This document shows positions 25,822 through 30,161 of a stretch of 30,161 bases of DNA, in pieces. The notes beneath the pieces are model-generated. The model had not been told where the DNA came from, made no database searches, and saw nothing but the letters and a program-made list of their open reading frames with translations. The stretch's first letter is position 1. Each line of letters opens with the position of its first letter. A program made the translations under genes and the position numbers. The stretch is from a candidate division WOR-3 bacterium (GTDB taxonomy: Bacteria; Hydrothermota; Hydrothermia; JBDRYB01): contig JBDRYB010000023.1 in NCBI GenBank assembly GCA_039803205.1, forward strand, positions 1 to 30,161. Direction: 5' to 3'.

Positions 25822-28800
25822 ATGGCCGAGACTTACGGTGGGAAAGGCTCAAAAGGGCCTAATGTCTTTAGCAGAGGCCCTTACAATAAAGGCCTTCAGC
25901 AATATTTCACTCCACCAGACATAGCGGAGTATATTGCTAAGGCCTTGGATTTTGGCCCTGATTGTTTCTACATAGACCCAACTTGTGGAGATGGTGCTCT
26001 CCTGGCACCATTTACAACCAGAGGATATAAGACATACGGAATAGAGATAGACCCGGAGATGGCCCAGAAGGCAAAAAGGCGTGCTAGTCTAATAACCTTA
26101 GCGGACTGGTGCCAAGTTGCAAAAGCTGTCGGAATGATAATGCGCGAAACAGTTCCTCTAATTGTGGTAGCAAACCCGCCATACGGGCTCAGGTTCAAAG
26201 TGTGGCCTTGCGATAAAGTTGAAGATAGCGATAAGGCCATAGCGCTTTGGGTTTTGATAGAATTGCTTTCCCTATATGCTTCATGTTTTATACTGCCTAA
26301 AAACAGCAGGAGCGCAAGGCTACTTACTGACCACTGCTATGCCATTATAGATATAGACGATCCCTGGGGCATAGAGAGCCATGGTGGGCAACTGGCGCTT
26401 TACTTTGCCAAATCTTATAACTTTACCTGTCGTCCTGAAAAACGACTTACTGGCCATATGAATGAGGTGCCTCCGGAGAAGATAAGAGAGCTTATTAAAC
26501 CGCCTACAACTTTCGCAAATAACCCTCTTCTTATAGGTGATATGCTTGCTGATTTGGTTAAAGAAACTTCAGATAGTCATATACCGAAATGGAAATATGA
26601 GAACGGGATGCTAAGGTTGATGGGTTCACGGCTCTACTACTCTGGCGTTCTTTATGACGATGACTGGAATACTCTGGAGCTCTTGGAGCGTGGTGTGTTA
26701 TTGGAGAGGCTGGTTATGAGTGGAAGCTTTATGCGGACGGTCAGCAAATTCGCCCAGAAAATTAAGCTGGAATTGCCAGCTGAATTCTGGGAAGACTATA
26801 CCAAGAGGCTGAAGGCCTACCAGGCTCATTCAGCGCCTCTCCAGCCTTTAAGGTCTTATCAACGCCTGGCCTTTGGAATTGAAGCTATGAGCCTTAAATG
26901 TATAAAAGACGGCGAGATAGAGTTTAAGTCTGCTGGAGAAACAGCTCAATTCCGGGCCGGGAAATTCTACCTAGTTGTGGATGGTGGAACTAAACTAAGG
27001 ACAACGGATAGAATTTACCATGAGATAAACGAGACCACGTGGCGCGAAACATGGTGGACTTACATGGCCAGCTATATCACTCTGAAAGACGAGCAGGGCA
27101 AAGTCTTTACCTTCTGGGACGATAATGAGGAACACCTGAGGTTTCTGGTAGGTGATAACGATGGCCAAGAGGGACACTTTGAGTTTCCTTACCCAGGTGA
27201 AGCTGAGAACCTTGAGAAGGAGAAATATGAGAGTTTCCTGAGAAAGCTGGAGACATTCCCTTACCCACCTGGCCAGGAGCTTCTGAGATACCAGAAAGAA
27301 GACATAGCCCGCCTTGCCCTAAGGGATCAGGCCATACTCTCCTGGGACACTGGACTGGGAAAAACCAGGGCAATAATACTCTGGGCTTGGCTAAAGGGCG
27401 TGGAGAAAATATTGATTGTTTCCCCGGCCCGGAGTATCAAGAACATGGCCGCTGAGGTAGAAAAAGGCCTCGGACTTAAGGCAACTATACTTGAGAGCTA
27501 TAAAGACATGGAAGAGGCCATAGCGAGCGAGAAGGGAATATACCTGATAAGCTACAATAAGCTGGCCGAGTGTCAACGGATACAATACGAATCCACCCAT
27601 ATATATGACAAAGAGCGTCAAGAGTCCATACCTTGCTTTAAGCTTGAGATAACGGAGCGCGGCGAAGTGATAGAGACGAAATACTTGTCTAAAGAGGAGT
27701 TCTGGCAAGTGATGGTGCAGTTAATTGGCCACGAAGATGCAAAAGATACGCCTGAATATAACCGCATGGACTATGTGAAAAAGTGGTATAAAGAGTGTGG
27801 CGGTTATATATATCCTGTGGTCAAGAAACTGGACGGGAATTTCCCAGCGGTTATCCTGGACGAGGGACACTATATCAAGGGAGATAGCCAGCGTGCCGAG
27901 GCTGTGCTGAGACTGAAAGCGCCTTATAGACTGATTGCAACGGCTACTACGATCAAGAACCGCATACCCGATCTCTTCAATTTGCTCTTCTGGCTCTTTG
28001 AAGGCAATCCTGCTTTTCCTTATAGAAAGCAAGACCGCTCAGTGTTCGTGCGGGACTTTGCGTTGATCAAATGTGTAAAGACAATCAAGGTGGTTAACGA
28101 CAAAGAGAAGAGCAATATCGTATATAAAGTGGAAGGCGTGCGAAACCTGTCTGTGCTGTGGAAGATGCTGACCCCGTTTCAAATCCGGCGGACAAAAGAG
28201 AGCCTGTTTGAGGAATACCCCGAAGACTACAAACGGATAAACGGAGGCAAGGCTATACGCCTTAATATAAATGTATATAGCTGGCCTGCAACGCCCGAAT
28301 GGGCTGGGATATATCTGAAACTCCGAGATGAGTTTCTAACAGCCTTTGCGCTAAAGAAAGCCCGGCCTGATATTGCTAATATGCCTCTCATGAGAGCTGG
28401 AGGTCAGGATATTCTAGGCCGGCTCATCCTGATACAGCAATATTGCTCTTACTCTGGCTCAGAACATCTAGCCTATTGCCCTCCGAAATATGATTGGCGA
28501 TACCCCGAAGACCCTCAGAACCCTCACGAACCCAAGACCCGAGCTGTGATTGCCCGGATTATCAAGGCCCTTAACGAAGGCAGGCGCGTTGTGTTGTTTA
28601 GTCAATTCTACGCTACGCAAGACTTCTACGAGATAGCCCTTAAATTCCGGGGTATAAAAGTGGCCAAGATTAATGGCCGGCAATCTAAGGATCAGAACGA
28701 GGCAATAAGGATTGCCTTTGCGGCCGGCCATTATGATGTAATGATTGCGGCCACGAATGCGGCCGGTCTGGGTTTGAATGGTCTAGAGCGTGCCTCAGTT

Positions 28801-29271
28801 GCCATCTTTGTTGACCTAATGTGGGATCCGACAACTTTGAGGCAGGCTATTGGCCGGATATACAGGATTGGTCAGCGAGAGACCCCGGAAGTTGAAATTC
28901 ACCTAGTTAAAGGGACAACGGAAGCTCATATCTGGAACATAGTTTATGAGAAATCCTGTGATGTGGACATGGTGCTTGATGGCCGGTTAACAGAATTTAC
29001 GATATTGGACAAGGGAGTGATACAACGAGTTCACGAAAGGACTAACGAGACTGCTCCGGTGGTGGTTAAAAATGGTGCTGATATTATTATACCCGAATTG
29101 TCAATCCTGAGACCTATGACATCTGAGAATGTGATTGAACCTGAGCCTAAGCCTAAACCTGAGGTCAAAACCCCGGCTACCAAATTCCCCTCTGGGCCTT
29201 CACTCTGGGGCGATGGGCTTATGCTAATAAAGCATAAGCGACTGCGTGTCATAAAACAGAGTTTGTTCTAA
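25822..29271 (+). CDS. N6-adenine DNA methyltransferase-SNF2/SF2 helicase fusion (DarB-like architecture, 1149 aa)
   Basis: MTase: QQYFTP, IDPTCGDG (SAM binding), YGIEID, NPPY (catalytic). Helicase: LLRYQ, WDTGLGKT, DEGH, TAT, VVLFSQF, GLGLN, WDP...QAIGRIYRIGQ. Confidence 0.9.
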   Translation: MAETYGGKGSKGPNVFSRGPYNKGLQQYFTPPDIAEYIAKALDFGPDCFYIDPTCGDGALLAPFTTRGYKTYGIEIDPEMAQKAKRRASLITLADWCQVAKAVGMIMRETVPLIVVANPPYGLRFKVWPCDKVEDSDKAIALWVLIELLSLYASCFILPKNSRSARLLTDHCYAIIDIDDPWGIESHGGQLALYFAKSYNFTCRPEKRLTGHMNEVPPEKIRELIKPPTTFANNPLLIGDMLADLVKETSDSHIPKWKYENGMLRLMGSRLYYSGVLYDDDWNTLELLERGVLLERLVMSGSFMRTVSKFAQKIKLELPAEFWEDYTKRLKAYQAHSAPLQPLRSYQRLAFGIEAMSLKCIKDGEIEFKSAGETAQFRAGKFYLVVDGGTKLRTTDRIYHEINETTWRETWWTYMASYITLKDEQGKVFTFWDDNEEHLRFLVGDNDGQEGHFEFPYPGEAENLEKEKYESFLRKLETFPYPPGQELLRYQKEDIARLALRDQAILSWDTGLGKTRAIILWAWLKGVEKILIVSPARSIKNMAAEVEKGLGLKATILESYKDMEEAIASEKGIYLISYNKLAECQRIQYESTHIYDKERQESIPCFKLEITERGEVIETKYLSKEEFWQVMVQLIGHEDAKDTPEYNRMDYVKKWYKECGGYIYPVVKKLDGNFPAVILDEGHYIKGDSQRAEAVLRLKAPYRLIATATTIKNRIPDLFNLLFWLFEGNPAFPYRKQDRSVFVRDFALIKCVKTIKVVNDKEKSNIVYKVEGVRNLSVLWKMLTPFQIRRTKESLFEEYPEDYKRINGGKAIRLNINVYSWPATPEWAGIYLKLRDEFLTAFALKKARPDIANMPLMRAGGQDILGRLILIQQYCSYSGSEHLAYCPPKYDWRYPEDPQNPHEPKTRAVIARIIKALNEGRRVVLFSQFYATQDFYEIALKFRGIKVAKINGRQSKDQNEAIRIAFAAGHYDVMIAATNAAGLGLNGLERASVAIFVDLMWDPTTLRQAIGRIYRIGQRETPEVEIHLVKGTTEAHIWNIVYEKSCDVDMVLDGRLTEFTILDKGVIQRVHERTNETAPVVVKNGADIIIPELSILRPMTSENVIEPEPKPKPEVKTPATKFPSGPSLWGDGLMLIKHKRLRVIKQSLF

Positions 29272-29321
29272 TGGTTAATTTACCTATTAAATTAGGCAAA
29301 TCAGGGAGCCCGGCCCTAAAC

Positions 29322-29374
29322 CCCCCGGCTCCGAGGGTCTGAATATCGGGCAAAAAAGAGAGGTGTGAGATGAA
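29322..29374 (+). repeat. 53-bp direct repeat, copy 1 (contains RBS and start codon)
   Basis: CCCCCGGCTCCGAGGGTCTGAATATCGGGCAAAAAAGAGAGGTGTGAGATGAA, identical to 29856-29908. Confidence 0.97.
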
Positions 29375-29822
29375 TAAATCAATAAGATGTCAGAAGCTAG
29401 GAGAACATATAGCGGCATTCGTCCTAAGCCGCTATGGCAGGAACGGCTTGATAAGCCGTGAATGGTGCGAGCACCATATGCCTCTGGTCAGGATAGAGCA
29501 GAGGCCAAATTATCCTGACCCATACGAGGAGGGAATTAGCGACTGCGAGCGTCAATTCAGGTTGGAGCTAGAAAAAGCTCAGGAGGCAAACCGAACCCAC
29601 ATATGCGAGTATCCTATATACGATATGGAATCATGGTTTGATGTGCTGGCTGATGAGCTATATGGCGCTGGACATCCTAGCCTGAGGGTATACGCTGACG
29701 CTCTGGCTGAGTCTGAGGTGAGGCGGTGGATTAATCTGCTGGTTCTTTGCCAGTGGGATCAGGCGCGGATACAGGATACTGTGGAACTAATGCTCTGGAG
29801 AAGTAAAAAACAGACAAAGTAA
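29370..29822 (+). CDS. Hypothetical protein (150 aa)
   Basis: Starts within repeat copy 1 (GAGGTG SD). Helical, no recognised motif. Confidence 0.75.
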   Translation: MNKSIRCQKLGEHIAAFVLSRYGRNGLISREWCEHHMPLVRIEQRPNYPDPYEEGISDCERQFRLELEKAQEANRTHICEYPIYDMESWFDVLADELYGAGHPSLRVYADALAESEVRRWINLLVLCQWDQARIQDTVELMLWRSKKQTK

Positions 29823-29855
29823 GTTATGCCAGCAAAAAGGAGATGTGTCATAGAG

Positions 29856-29908
29856 CCCCCGGCTCCGAGGGTCTGAATATCGGGCAAAAAAGAGAGGTGT
29901 GAGATGAA
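29856..29908 (+). repeat. 53-bp direct repeat, copy 2
   Basis: Identical to 29322-29374; period 534 bp. Confidence 0.97.
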
Positions 29909-30161
29909 AAAGGCTGAAATTCTAAGAATAGAAGAGACCATCGGCGGCGGTGGTCTAATAGATCTGGGAAACATAGGCAGTCTCGAGATAAGTGTGGAAC
30001 AGAGACTGCAACTCATGAACGAGGAGTATCGCGAAGAGGACGGAGACACAATAGAGATAGAAGGAAGGTATATTCCCTCTATTGAGGGAATTCTCCACGA
30101 GGGAGAACTCTTGCTTAAGGATATGGGATATAACGAAAAAGATATAGAGCGAATTCTAGAC
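29904..30161 (+). CDS. Hypothetical acidic protein, 3'-truncated by window edge
   Basis: Open from ATG 29904 to the end (86 codons, MKKAEILRIEETIGGGGLIDLG...). 22 D/E versus 9 K/R. Confidence 0.75.
   Translation, partial: MKKAEILRIEETIGGGGLIDLGNIGSLEISVEQRLQLMNEEYREEDGDTIEIEGRYIPSIEGILHEGELLLKDMGYNEKDIERILD

Noticed and set aside
29279..29301. Imperfect inverted repeat after the helicase gene as an intrinsic terminator
   Set aside because: The stem is AT-rich with a mismatch and no U-tract follows. It could be an operator, but support is insufficient.
5..29822. None of 25 complete called genes ends in TAG (15 TGA, 10 TAA), hinting at amber recoding
   Set aside because: Long ORFs are intact under the standard code with no in-frame TAG needed. 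TAG is commonly the rarest stop, and ATGA overlaps explain much of the TGA excess.
29322..29908. 53-bp repeats as a CRISPR array, DGR TR/VR pair or hammerhead ribozyme
   Set aside because: The spacer is a whole gene, there are no adenine-specific differences and no reverse transcriptase, and CTGAATA does not fit the CUGANGA...GAAA core.

Overview
This window is about 30 kb of a tailed dsDNA phage (Caudoviricetes) with a podovirus-like, P22/T7-style virion. Sigma70-type promoters and strong GGAGG(T) ribosome-binding sites point to a bacterial host. The E/K/I/Y-rich proteins suggest a thermophilic host, but that is an inference. Layout: (i) a short leftward unit (RHH-like regulator, beta-sandwich protein, XhlA/holin-like protein) running off the left edge. 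(ii) A ~23.5 kb rightward morphogenesis unit: TerS, TerL, small membrane protein, portal, scaffold, major capsid, decoration-like protein, two adaptor paralogs, large nozzle, three internal/ejection proteins including a 2584-aa giant, then two very basic mini-proteins and a poly-Glu-tailed protein. (iii) A convergent XRE-HTH regulator. (iv) A divergent early-type region with an N6-adenine methyltransferase-SNF2 helicase fusion, followed by small genes each preceded by an identical 53-bp repeat. The most notable signals are a shared palindromic leaderless promoter/start element on both regulator genes, the repeat-headed cassettes with short upstream ORFs ending in PPAPRV, and a protamine-like plus acidic-partner module. 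I saw no tRNA, CRISPR array, integrase or DNA polymerase. All protein calls come from motifs and gene order read by eye; no database searches were run.
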